Source: Octopus sinensis (Eukaryota). Taken from it: a stretch of 64,000 nucleotides of DNA. The stretch is taken from positions 1,363 through 65,362 of the forward strand of contig NW_021832974.1 of NCBI RefSeq assembly GCF_006345805.1, given 5' to 3'. Below, in pieces: positions 26,560 to 37,829 of this stretch; positions within the stretch are counted from its first letter, which is position 1; each line of letters opens with the position of its first letter. The position numbers and the translations under genes are program-made. The notes below the pieces were generated by a model. The model was not told where the DNA came from. It searched no databases and saw nothing but the letters and a program-made list of their open reading frames with translations.

Positions 26560-27071
26560 ATGAGTGGAGGACAAATATGTAGAATTTGCCACATGGAGGA
26601 CAGTGGGCTGATTCGTGTGTGTGAGTGCAAGGGGTCATTGGGGTACGTCCACTCGGGTTGCCTGGAGGCGTGGGTGAGCATATCGATGAAGAAGGAGTGC
26701 GAGTTGTGCAAATACCAATTCAAAGTAAAGAAGGGAAGCATTCCCCTGCACAGAGTAATAAGCACTCCTAGTTGTAGTGGCAGTGTCTCGAACTGAGTCG
26801 GAATGAGCAGAAGCGTATCGCGGCATCGGTGACCATCCACGTGATCGGACTCATTTCCCTTTGTTGGGCGGAAGCAATAATAATCCAGTACTTTGTGGAG
26901 GAGAGGGGCAAAGTGGACGCGTCGTGGACATTTTATGCCAAAATAACCCTGGGAGTGATGGGGATCGTGGGGGGACTCATCTTTTGCGGGATCGAGTGTT
27001 CCAAATACTGGGGACTACTCAAGCGCCTCCACCAACGGAATCGAAGGGTGACGGTCGAGGAGTATGTGTAA
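26560..27071 (+). CDS. MARCH-family RING-CH E3 ubiquitin ligase (MARCH1/8-like)
   Basis: CRICH...CECKGSLGYVHSGCLEAW...CELCKYQF; a 23-nt intron leads to two TM segments and a KRL..RNRRVTVEEY tail. Confidence 0.92.
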
Positions 27072-27153
27072 CAATAATATTATTTAATCGATGTGAACGG
27101 CGCTGTTATCAATATATAATTCGAGTTCCGCTCATTGCACTATTCATTCCTCT

Positions 27154-27879
27154 ATGAAGAGGGGCAAGACAGGACGTCTATTCACCGACATAACCAACGT
27201 GGACATCCCCAGTTCCCCCTCAGTCAAGTCGGCAGTCCGCATTCCCAGGCGGAAGAGAGGGGATCGGATGGCCACAGTGATCAGGGGTTCCCCTCCCAAA
27301 CTATCCATCAACCACAATTTCCTTACGCAGAGGACACTGCTGGACTACTTTGGTGTGCACAAGAACGTGGTGTCCCACTCTGTCGACAAACAACAGTCAT
27401 TCTGTCGGAGTGTGGTGGACAAGTTGATTGGGGACTCGGGGAAGGGCGTGTTGAATGGAGGATACGACGTCTATGGCCGACTCAAGACACTTTCCACGCA
27501 CACCATGGCAGGACTGGCCTCCATTCACAATCACATGGACTGCCATATCTCCATTTTCGACTGTCGGTCAATGCCCGAGTTTGTGGGCGGCCACATCATT
27601 AATGCTATCCATGTCACTGACTCTACCTCACTCCTCTCCCTCTTCGAACATTTCCAGACCCTCCACTCCTCCTCTCCCCGCAGATTCTATCTTTTTGTAT
27701 TCTACTGCGAATACTCCTCTCTTCGGGCACCCGTCCTCGCTAGGAAGTTCCTGGCCCTATCCCAGGGTCACTATGTCTTCCTCGACAACGTGTATTTGCT
27801 TGATGGGGGATACAAACTCTTTTATGAATACTACAAAGGTCTCTGCGACCCTCCCCGCTACGTCACCAACACTTCCTGA
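27154..27879 (+). CDS. CDC25: CDC25-type dual-specificity phosphatase (rhodanese fold)
   Basis: IFDCR..EFVGGHI.NA, FYCEYSSLRAP (CX5R), VYLLDGGYK.FY...CDP..Y. Confidence 0.85.
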   Translation: MKRGKTGRLFTDITNVDIPSSPSVKSAVRIPRRKRGDRMATVIRGSPPKLSINHNFLTQRTLLDYFGVHKNVVSHSVDKQQSFCRSVVDKLIGDSGKGVLNGGYDVYGRLKTLSTHTMAGLASIHNHMDCHISIFDCRSMPEFVGGHIINAIHVTDSTSLLSLFEHFQTLHSSSPRRFYLFVFYCEYSSLRAPVLARKFLALSQGHYVFLDNVYLLDGGYKLFYEYYKGLCDPPRYVTNTS

Positions 27880-28940
27880 TTACGTGACTTACCACATTTT
27901 TAATATTCTATTAGTCTTGTTTCCGCTATCGAATTGCCCATTATGCGGATTGCTTTACTCATAAACTGATCGATATTTGATCAATATTATGTTCATTAAG
28001 GTCGACTATAATCCTTCTAATGTGATTAATACTGCGGGTTGCCGCTCTGTTCCCCAATGACTACACGAAGGACTAAGAATATTCAAGTCACGTTGAAGAG
28101 TCTCATGTGTGAGAGGACTGTCTAAGTGTGTGATTGATTGGCCAATTAACAGAGAATGGGCACGTCGATGAACAATTAAATCAGCAGGGGAACTCAGCAA
28201 CCGCCCTAGCAATGCACATAACAAAGACCTGCCATAACAGGTTATTATCATCACTGTCTCATTCATCAGAAACGTGTGCAGCCTCTATTCTGCCTTTAGT
28301 TTGCAAGGATTGTAAATAACTTGCGCGTGTTTTTGTGGTTACGGCCGTCTTTTATCACTAGATTGAAGGATACCTCATCAATTGCTAGATACGTTTTCTT
28401 CAGAGTAAATGAATGCATGTACGCAGATATCCTCTCGATGCATTCGCAGAACGAGTCACTTTCATGTTCACTAGGAATTTTGTTTCAATAATGTGTTGCC
28501 GCATTAAAGCTGTCTCACAAGATTTTTTTGCATTGTTCAAAGCTGTAATCAATGATGTTGCGATTTTACACATTCTTTACGTCTCAATAAATTTTTGAGT
28601 TTGTTTTTAATTACATATTCTTTCAAAACTTCGGGAATCGTTGGCAAGCCCTCGACTCAACTCCTCACTAACATTAATATCAAATATTTTCCAAAAAAAA
28701 TTATCGCAAGAAGACAAACTGACTTTTTCAGCGAATCTGTGTTGCTGTGCTTTGCGGAAAATGTCATTCAATATGCAGCGGGGTGTTGTTGAGCTGCCCC
28801 ATCGGCTCTCGGCTATCCTTTCAGCCACTTACCCTAGCTAGCATCTAACTTTGCTCCTTTTATCATTTTAACAATGTAAATTTAAAGGCCAAATGTTTTG
28901 TCCCGAAATTACAAATTATTTAATCCGTACTGATTAACAG

Positions 28941-29270
28941 ATATTACGCAGATGATGTTATCATCTCAGCATGACAATTACGTGTTTTTTAAAGAATAGA
29001 ATGATTATTTTTATGAGCAGTAATTTAATTTACTTTGGCATTTCCTTAAACCGCCAAATAACTAACTTTATTTTTTGATGTTTCGTCTAAAATCACTATG
29101 TTTCGTCTAAAAATAACTACTTATTCCTTGAATTGAGGTGTAATAGATATTACGCCGATTACATGAAAATTATGTGTTTTAAGAATAGAATGATTATTAT
29201 TTATAGCAGTAATTTAATTTACTTGGCATTGTTTTACACTCTTAAATAATTAACTTTATTTTTTGATGTA
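28941..29270 (+). repeat. Diverged direct repeat pair (~140 bp)
   Basis: GATATTACGC...AAGAATAGAATGATTATT...GCAGTAATTTAATTTACTT...ACTTTATTTTTTGATGT occurs at ~28941 and ~29147. Confidence 0.6.
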
Positions 29271-31330
29271 TTGCTGGCCGGAATCGTCAGATAATTTTTC
29301 TCACGTTGTTGTCTTCTCACTTTCGGTTATTATTTAAGATTTTTTTAGTTTCCCTTCTTTAATCACTGCTTTTTTTTGAGTTAAATTCTTAATTAAATAT
29401 AGTAGAGGAGACTATTTTGTGCTCAAACACTATTTATGAAACTTACCTAAAAACTAAAAAATTTATAGAGAATTTTTATGATGATGTGTTTAAAAGTATA
29501 GACATCATATCTTGGGAAACTTATATGATTCCATGTAGCTTCACTACATCATGTTATTTTTTTTGCTGTGCCCATATAAACGAATTTCTTGTTTACTTCG
29601 AAATCATCAGTGATGGCACTGAGTAAATATAGAACTTGCGATGAAACCGTTGAATAATTAACTACAGGTGCAAAAGCAAATCATCCTTCATCGATTAACA
29701 GCAGATATAACGACGGCTCTTTTGTATATGAAATATCCCAGAATACATTTGTGGTCATTGATGAAAAATCGCATTTTAGATAATTGATGAATTCTGCACA
29801 ATAAATAATTAAGAACTGAGTCTAAAACTTGGGTGCCACAAGTGTTATGTTTTAGAGTTTTATAAAAAAACATGCAAGGAGAGGAGTAATAAATGTATAT
29901 TGGTGAAGACAAGAGAAGGCGACTGGGAAAACGAGATGACTATTCGTCGAACAACACATTTTTATTAGTGAATGTTACATCATGCTGGCCTCTGCTGCGA
30001 CTGTCGCGATTTGCTGTGCCAGGTCATCCAGCAGTCCGTCCCCGCCTGCCCTCGCATTACTAACACTACCGAAAAGCAGGCTTTGTATCTTTCCACAATA
30101 TACCACATAACCGAGAATGGATATCCTTATTATGTCATGACGTGGGGTCCTCACAAGCCTTATATCGTTCATGTTCAGTTTGTGTAGGAGAGCTAACTAA
30201 TACCAGACCACATACATATCAGTCCCGACAGTCGGTTCTCCTTGTATTTGACGACGCCACAACTCTCATATGGACCATATTCGATAATCGCTGTTCGACT
30301 CATTGCTAGGCAATAATGACTGCAATTTAATCACAAAAAATGCCACATTCCTTAGAAATAATATTACACGACCAACCAACTGAGTTCATCAAGCGTGCCT
30401 TAACGTGACTTCATAAACAATAAACAAATTCTGCCGCCATATGTACTCGGTACAGACACCTATGAGGCGATCCCCAGAAGACGAAAGTAGGTGTTGTAAA
30501 CGCATTTCCCCAGCGGGGAAGGCCGATGATTGTTGATTAATTAAAAAAAAACAAAAAGTCATGTCCTCAAATGCTTGTAGATTGATTCTCTGATTAACAA
30601 TTTCCCTTCACTTTGCCACATTGATTGTCTTAAAATGTACTCGCACAGCAAATTAATTTTTTTTAAATTCCTGAAACCAGGAAAGTCAGAAAAGAAAAGT
30701 CACAAAATCCAATTGTGCATGCGCTTCTTTCATCATTTTAAAGTATGTAGGGGAATCTTTATACTTCGTGTTGTTTGCTTTGTCGGAAGTATCGACATAC
30801 TCATCTTTTGCTTCCACTGAAAAGATGGGTGTAAATTTAATGTACAGTCTATGAATGGCCATGTGATAAAACTCACTTAAATATTAAAAAACAACAAAAG
30901 AGGGTTGTGTATTTTCACTTCCCTGTCTCGGTGATTGACGACACATTGATTGTCTTAAAATGTACTCCACAGCAAATTAATTTTTGAATATTCCTGAAAC
31001 CGGAAAAGTCAACAAATAAAAACCACCAAATATTTGTTTCTCTTTCGTGTCTGGGTGATTGACGACATATAATTGAGGTCACTATCGCAGAATTCTTATC
31101 TCAAAAATACAATAAAAATGTAAATGAATTGACAATATCGGGCCTGAGGAAAAGAAGCTGCTGCAATACCGAAATTTGTTTTTCAATAACGGAAAAAATA
31201 AATTCAGCCACTCTAACTCATCCGAAAGAACCGTTAATCACCTTGCCAGCAGGTGTGGGCGAATCCGGCTCCTGTTTGAGACGTCATAATTAAATGGTCA
31301 AATGCCTTCATCTGTATCCATGTCTCCAAT

Positions 31331-31640
31331 ATGGAATTAAGACGTCAAAAAATTAAGACCCATTCAGTCCAATTTGTAACCACCAACGAATTTGAGGAAA
31401 TCCAAGTTGACACAACCCTTTTGACGGATAATGCTATCCCGAATTACATGCCCGAAATGTTTGTTCACGAAAAATCTAACAACAAAATAGAAGTGGGGAT
31501 TAATTCACAAAATTGTCTCAAGCAGTTTGAAGTGAAAAGGTCACACAAATACGACTTGCTGCCAAATGAACTGGGCGCAATCCATTGGGCATGAGTAAAA
31601 ATCGCAAAATTCTTTAAGAACTATCTGTAAGTGCACGGAA
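31331..31640 (+). mobile_element. RLE endonuclease remnant of an R4-like non-LTR element
   Basis: VDTTLLTD....PE.FV.EK....IEVGI.S...LKQ.E.K..KYDLL.NEL. Confidence 0.65.
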
Positions 31641-31933
31641 TAAAGGACGGGGTGAAGGAATATATCTAGACACTGGTTTCGCGGAAGACCCTAGAGAGCA
31701 TGCTAGCCGAGACAAGGTATATTTATCGAAGAAATGGGAAGATTATAAATGATTCGGAGCATGAAAGCGCGAATAGTGGGTTTCTGGACGGTTCTTCCAT
31801 AAAAAGAAAAATTTTCCGGGATTACTACTGGACGACAAATCCATACGATTCGGTATCTGCTTGTACATCTGCCAGCAACACCCGTACCAGTGCAGGTCCA
31901 AAATTTCGTCGAACGCCTTGCAAGCCTTGTCGT

Positions 31934-32374
31934 GAGTTGTCTGAGCAAACAAAGCTACTTCCTGGGGTACCCTGAACCCCATAGTCAGTGGAATTATTAT
32001 GACTCGAATTATTATGAGTGGAATTATCGATAATATTAGTGTTAGTACTACATCCGAGATATAGTCTTGACTAGACTTTTAATATTGCCTCCACCCGCCT
32101 CACGACTGCGCTGTCTCGCCTCGATTTGGTCCCTGAGTGTGATGATGTCGTCGGGAATGGTGTGGAGGAGGAAGGGGGTGTGAGGGCGTGGGATGTGAGG
32201 GGGGGAAGTGGGTGTCTCGAGGGGGACTAGAGAGTGAGTCAGTTAATCAACCAAAGTTGGTGACATGTTCGACGCACTCACTCGAAATAGTCAATTTCCT
32301 GTCAAAGAAGTACTGATAGGCACACTCGTCCACCACCAGCAGACTCACACTCCCTTCCCTCCCTTTTATCAGCT
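31934..32374 (+). repeat. Third, internally deleted partial copy of the TALE 3' end / PDZ 3' end
   Basis: Matches 20580-20602 joined directly to 20805-21210. Confidence 0.92.
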
Positions 32375-32403
32375 TAAAAAGAATCTACACCTTTTTGGTA
32401 TCG

Positions 32404-32688
32404 AATATCCGAACTAGGATGTCAAATATCCGAACTGAGATGTCAGACGTCATTATTGTGGTTTCTAATATCCGAACTGAGATGTCAAAGGTCATTACTG
32501 TGGTTTCTAATATCCGAACTGAGATGTCAAAGGTCATTACTGCGGTTTCTAATATCCGAACTGAGATGTCAAAGGTCATTACTGCGGTTTCTAATATCCG
32601 AACCGAGATGTCAAACGTCATTATTGTGTTTTCTAATATCCGAACCGAGATGTCAAACGTCATTATTGTGTTTTCTAATATCCGAACA
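32404..32688 (+). repeat. 42-bp tandem array, left TIR (~6.5 units)
   Basis: Unit AATATCCGAACTGAGATGTCAAAGGTCATTACTGTGGTTTCT starting at 32425, 32467, 32509, 32551, 32593, 32635. Confidence 0.95.
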
Positions 32689-32719
32689 TGAGTGATTTAT
32701 TAATCAATCTACTAAGTAA

Positions 32720-33450
32720 AGTCAACAAACTAATAAATTCTCCCAGCGAGACGGAGGGAACAGCTGTTGCCACGCATGACAGCCAGCAGGATCCTCTGAA
32801 TGAGGAAAGTAAATTCCCTAGGGTCCTTGGACCGCGAAGAACAAAGATGTCCCAGTTTCTTTAGGAAGTGAGGGTCCCGGAGCCAAAGACGCCGGAAGTC
32901 TCGACAACGATTGGCCAAAACCAAAAGTCATCCATCAAAGACTGATATTTCCGGCACTTCGAAAGCTCAGCCTTATTAGCACGAGACCCAGCAAGAGAGG
33001 CCGATTCGTTGATGAAAGACTTTGAGAAGGTATCCACACAAGTGGAATCCCAGACCAAAGGTCTCCCAGAATAAAACGAGAACAACGTAGAGCCGTCCGG
33101 CCTTTTCCCGTCACCACGGTCGAGACCCTTAGGCTCAAGGACAGAAGGGTAGCCGGCCTTTTCGAGTGAGTCGAGAATGATTCTGTTAATCGCCGAATGG
33201 CGTGGAATACGACCCGCGCTTTTCTTGCAGGAGAGGGCATAGATCCGCACCGGCAGGGGTGGGGACTACAGATCGGAAGTCCGAGGCGGAGGCAAATGCC
33301 AAAACGGAGGGCGTCGGAGTCAAGACAGGTGTCCAAATGGGTCGAAGGAAGGCAGTTAAGCCAAGAGCCAGAATGCGGTTGGCGGCTGGCACGGTAACAA
33401 GCCAGTCTGTGCTGGTTCAGGAGAGCCTCCAACGAGTCCGCATGATGCTT
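32720..33450 (-). mobile_element. Nested 3' fragment of a CRE-like non-LTR element (RLE endonuclease)
   Basis: HPCRCG..HALSC...RH..IN.II..L..AG...LEP.GL.R.DGKRPDG..LVWD.T motifs. Confidence 0.85.
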
Positions 33451-33634
33451 ACTAAGAATTTTATCCCATTCACGTTGGAGGGACCTGTCAGAAGGAACTC
33501 AAGCCCTTTTTCCTTCCAAAGCAAAAGTGCAGAATTAATATCAGAGTCCGAACTGTTATGTCAAATGTCCGTTCCTATATTTTCTGCACAATAGTGAAAA
33601 AATAATATTTATTAATGAAATCAATGTTAAGTTG

Positions 33635-34720
33635 CTAAATATTGTCATCGGGGATTAAATCGTTCATCTCGATAATACTTGGAAAATGTTTCTGCACATG
33701 ATTGCATGTTAGTGAGCAAATTCTTGGTGTTATTGCAGAAATACAAGTGTCTATGCAATTTTCTAAAATTCGTAGCCTGGTTTCTTTTTGGGTGAGTCCA
33801 TTTTCTGAAATTAAAAAATCAGTGGTCGCCATTTTTCTTTTTAGTTCACTCTTAAGCACGCTCCAGCATTCCTCTATTGGATTTAATGGCGCACTGTAAG
33901 GTCCCAATCTTATAATTTCAATATCTCGAAATTCTTCTCCAATCATTTTCTCTAACTGTGAATGTACCGGTGCGTTGTCTATCACAATACAAATTTCTGA
34001 ATATTTTTCATTTGTACTTCTGATCATATCTCTGAACCATTGCTGGCAATCCTCTTTTTTAAAATGTCCGCGTCTTCGTTCCCAATATATTAATTTGTTC
34101 TCATTAATGGCTCCAATTATGTGAATATTTTGTCCCTTGTTTGCTGGAGTCTTTAAAATGCATCTTTTCCCTTTTAACGAACGTCCCTTCGAAAATCAAC
34201 ATTAATAAATTATACTTGAGTTCTTCTTAAAAATAAGTTTACATTAGTTTCGTCCATATAAATTATATTTTTGTCTCGACTTTTTCTATTTATTATTTTT
34301 TCGACATATTCTTTCCTTTTCGTCTTGTTTGCTTCTGAATTCATTAAATTGGTTTCAGTTATAACCTTGCCTTTACCAATATAAAAATACTTTTTTAACT
34401 GTATATAATTTTCCATGTAAATATTTAGCAGCTGTCGAATAATGGATAGAAATTCCAGTTTCATTAAGTAGTCTCGCACAAATTTCGCTTAGAGTGATGA
34501 CAGGATTTTCCTCAACATAGTTTATCATTCTCGATATTTCATTGTCTGTGATTTTTGACCATCTGAATCCTCCACGTTTTTTATTAGGTTGTGAAGCATT
34601 TCGTATCCATTTATAAGCTGTATTTCGCTTAATCCATTCGATTCCGATTCCTGCCACAATATGCATCTGCATCTTCATTTTCATAAGCAGATATAATTCT
34701 CATTTTGGCTTCCAAATTTG
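33635..34720 (-). CDS. Tc1/IS630 DD34E transposase with two micro-introns; extreme N-terminus damaged
   Basis: YMDET, DNAPVH, PYSAPLNPIE (34 residues between D and E). Introns 34366-34390 (25 nt) and 34187-34215 (29 nt) join the three ORFs in frame. Confidence 0.85.
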
Positions 34721-34825
34721 TTTTATTATATGTTTTACTAACACGAGAAGAAGTATTCATAGTTTTAGCAAAAGTATTCATTTCGAACGAACAAAAATCC
34801 ATTTATATTTTTTAGATACGTAATT

Positions 34826-35190
34826 TTGACCTTTGACATCTCAGTTCGGATATTAGAAACCACAGTAATGACCTTTGACATCTCAGTTCGGATATTAGAA
34901 ACCACAGTAATGACCTTTGACATCTTAGTTCGGATATTAGAAACCACAGTAATGACCTTTGACATCTCAGTTCGGATATTAGAAACCACAGTAATGACCT
35001 TTGACATCTCAGTTCGGATATTAGAAACCACAGTAATGACCTTTGACATCTCAGTTCGGATATTAGAAACCACAGTAATGACTTTGACATCTCAGTTCGG
35101 ATATTAGAACACCACAGTAATGACCTTTGACATCTCAGTTCGGATATTAGAAACCACAGTAATGACGTTTGACATCTCAGTTCTGATATT
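34826..35190 (-). repeat. 42-bp tandem array, right TIR (~8.5 units)
   Basis: Reverse complement of the left-array unit. Confidence 0.95.
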
Positions 35191-35893
35191 TGATACCAAA
35201 GGTGTAGTTTCTATTCCCGGCGAAAGGAAAGAAATCAAGAACCTCAACGATACGATTACTAAGAAACTCAAAGCATTCCAAAGAAGATGGGAAAAGCAAA
35301 TCAAAGGGCTTGGAAAAGGAAAATCTGCCCAACGCATGTGGAATGCTCTCAAAAAGTTCGACTCTATTGGAAACTCATGTAATTCGACTTAAAATCAATA
35401 TCCAGATTATTTCCAGACAGACAATTAGTTTTCAACTGTCGAAGAGTGTCAATTTCAAAATAAACTCAATTGATGAAAATTCAAGTTATTACAAAGGTTC
35501 ATTGAATGTCCTTTTAACCATTCAATAAAATTCCTTTGAGTCACCATTTTCGATAATCCGCGTGTATAAAAAAAGTATTAAAAAATATAAATGAGAAAAT
35601 CTGAAAACAATAAATAAAATTGACTTGAAGGAATAAAATCAGAATAAATTTAAAAAATGATGAAATTTAAAATTGTATATTCACAAAATTAAAGTTCACA
35701 ATTATTCTTTCAAAATCAACATACATAAACCAGCAAAGAAAAAACAATAACAAACTAAACAACCATGTGTACCAGCTTAATTAATAAGTTTAATTTATTA
35801 GGCTTACCATTAAAAATAGGCTAATTAGAAAATTCTAAACAAATATAAATTTTACTTATACAAATAAAACATCACCAAAATTTTGGTGCAATA

Positions 35894-36849
35894 TTATATT
35901 TTTGATGTCAGACTGAATTTGGAGTTTTTATCGGATGTCTTATCTCTGTCGTAAATTAAATCCCACCCGAATAAAGAGTACATCTTGAATAGTCTACCAC
36001 TGGATAAGCTATCTATTTGTCTCTCTTCCAAGGACTCGAAAAGATAACAAACAGAATAGAGGACAATTGATATTTCTGGGAGTGCCAAATGTTGTTTCAA
36101 AACTTCTTATCATCTAACTATTCTGACCCAGTTCTAAGACTCCTCGGACTATTTGTAGCAGCTTATTGTTATTTTGTGAATGGGCAAAGGTGACCTGATA
36201 ATTGATATGAGAGGAGTGTGACGGGAGACTATGAGTGAGAAGGGGAATATTTGGAGGACGTGAGAGGAGGGCAACTAAATGTCGGCAGAAGTTGTGTGAG
36301 GACGATGACACACCCATTGAGTGATGACTCGAACACACCCGTGGTTGACACATCCCAACCTCGTTGACAGTGGCAAATGCAGTTGGAATAAAAATACTCG
36401 CCACTGAGTGACCCTTTTCACACTTATTACCCGCGTATGTCAGTCTCACCATCAACGAGGGGTAACACTGGATATCCGGAAGTACACACCACCACTCTCC
36501 TCTTCCCCCCGAGGGCAGAACGTGGGACACACACTCATTGAGGAAAAGGAGAGAGTTCTACATTACTGGAGGGATTTCTATCACACCTTCACAATCCTCA
36601 CATTCCACCCTCTCCACATCCTTTCCCGTATCCACGAGGTCTAGTCACTGTCTGAGAAAATATATTGTACTCGAGAGCGTCCCTGCAGAGTAATATCTCG
36701 ACTCGATTGAGGGTAGTGAACAGAACTGAGTCCCTGCCCTTCAATGACTTCACCACCACTACTTCTTGGCTGTTCCTCTTCATGTGAATCAGAGCACTTT
36801 TAATATCAATCATGTCCATGCTTGGTGTCCGCAAACACATATCCTCCAC
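35894..36849 (-). CDS. Possible unidentified intron-containing gene
   Basis: GC-rich island with consecutive minus-strand ORFs; no recognised motif. Confidence 0.3.
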
Positions 36850-37829
36850 GACCAGTTGGGTGAGTTGGAGGGGATTGACCTCGAGGGAATACTAGTGTTG
36901 ATTGGTAAGGAGTATTTTATTCTCATTATACTTCACCTTTAGTTCATCAAGATTTATTTGATGGCAATGAAATAATACTGGATATGTATTGTACTAACAG
37001 CACAGTTAGAATCATTATTATTCAGCGTTGAATTTCACCTCATTTCTGTGTAATTAGTTTAAGTATTTGTGCATTTTTATTTAGTTCTTACAAATTGGGT
37101 TACTTCAAATTTGATCTCTCTAATCTGACCAACTCTAGCAGAAGTGGCATTGAAGACGCACTGATTATGCCAAGTCCATTATTTAATAATTTGTGATTTA
37201 GGATTTGTGAATATTCATGTTCCGTGACTCATGTTTAATTTATTCATCAATTGATTGCTTCCCCAATAAAAATTGACACACATCAATAAACTGAATTATA
37301 AAACAAACAACTCGCTTTTTTTAACAATATATCTGGTCGCTATAAAGGATTTAGAGAGTGCGTCACAGTGTTTAAATTATGGTCTGGCTGAGTATTCCAT
37401 GTCTTCACCATTTGACTACAACTCTGATTTTTGTGCATTGTGACGTCGTTGGCCAATTGTTCGCTGTTTAAAGGGGAGGGTATTTGAAGTTTAATAAAAA
37501 TATCGAGGGAATTGTTTCGGAAAGTTTAAGGATTACTCAGACATTGTTTCCAGCAGGAGAAGTATCACATTTAAATGAACAAAGACTGACATGACAAAAA
37601 AGAATAGTCGATTATTCAGCAGTTTTCGAGTGCCTGAATGGCAACCAACACATCTTGCGGGAGTAAATTAAATTCCACCAGAAGAGAAAAGAGACCTTCG
37701 ACCACCACTCATTAATTGTAGGAATATATTTAAAATATTGGCCTGTATAATTGATGTGTTAATAAAGGAACTGGACCAATTAATAGAATGGAATCGTCGT
37801 TGATTGGGCAACTAAACAAAATACGATAT

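Larger units (their letters stand above)
32388..35204 (-). mobile_element. Tc1/IS630 (DD34E) transposon with long minisatellite-containing TIRs
   Basis: Termini CACCTTT..GGTATC.AATATC.GAACT on both ends; TA TSD at 32386-32387 and 35205-35206; inverted arrays of a 42-bp unit. Confidence 0.88.

Noticed and set aside
28340-28420. PIF1/Helitron helicase from YLAIDEVSF on the minus strand
   Set aside because: No Walker A or other helicase motifs were found nearby.
31700-31930. MULE transposase remnant (DKACKAF..YGCCW)
   Set aside because: Similarity is too weak and short to support.
32395-35190. 42-bp arrays as a CRISPR array, or their repetitive ORFs (NIRTEMSKVITVVS) as proteins
   Set aside because: The units are contiguous with no unique spacers and no cas genes. 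The ORFs arise because 42 is a multiple of 3.
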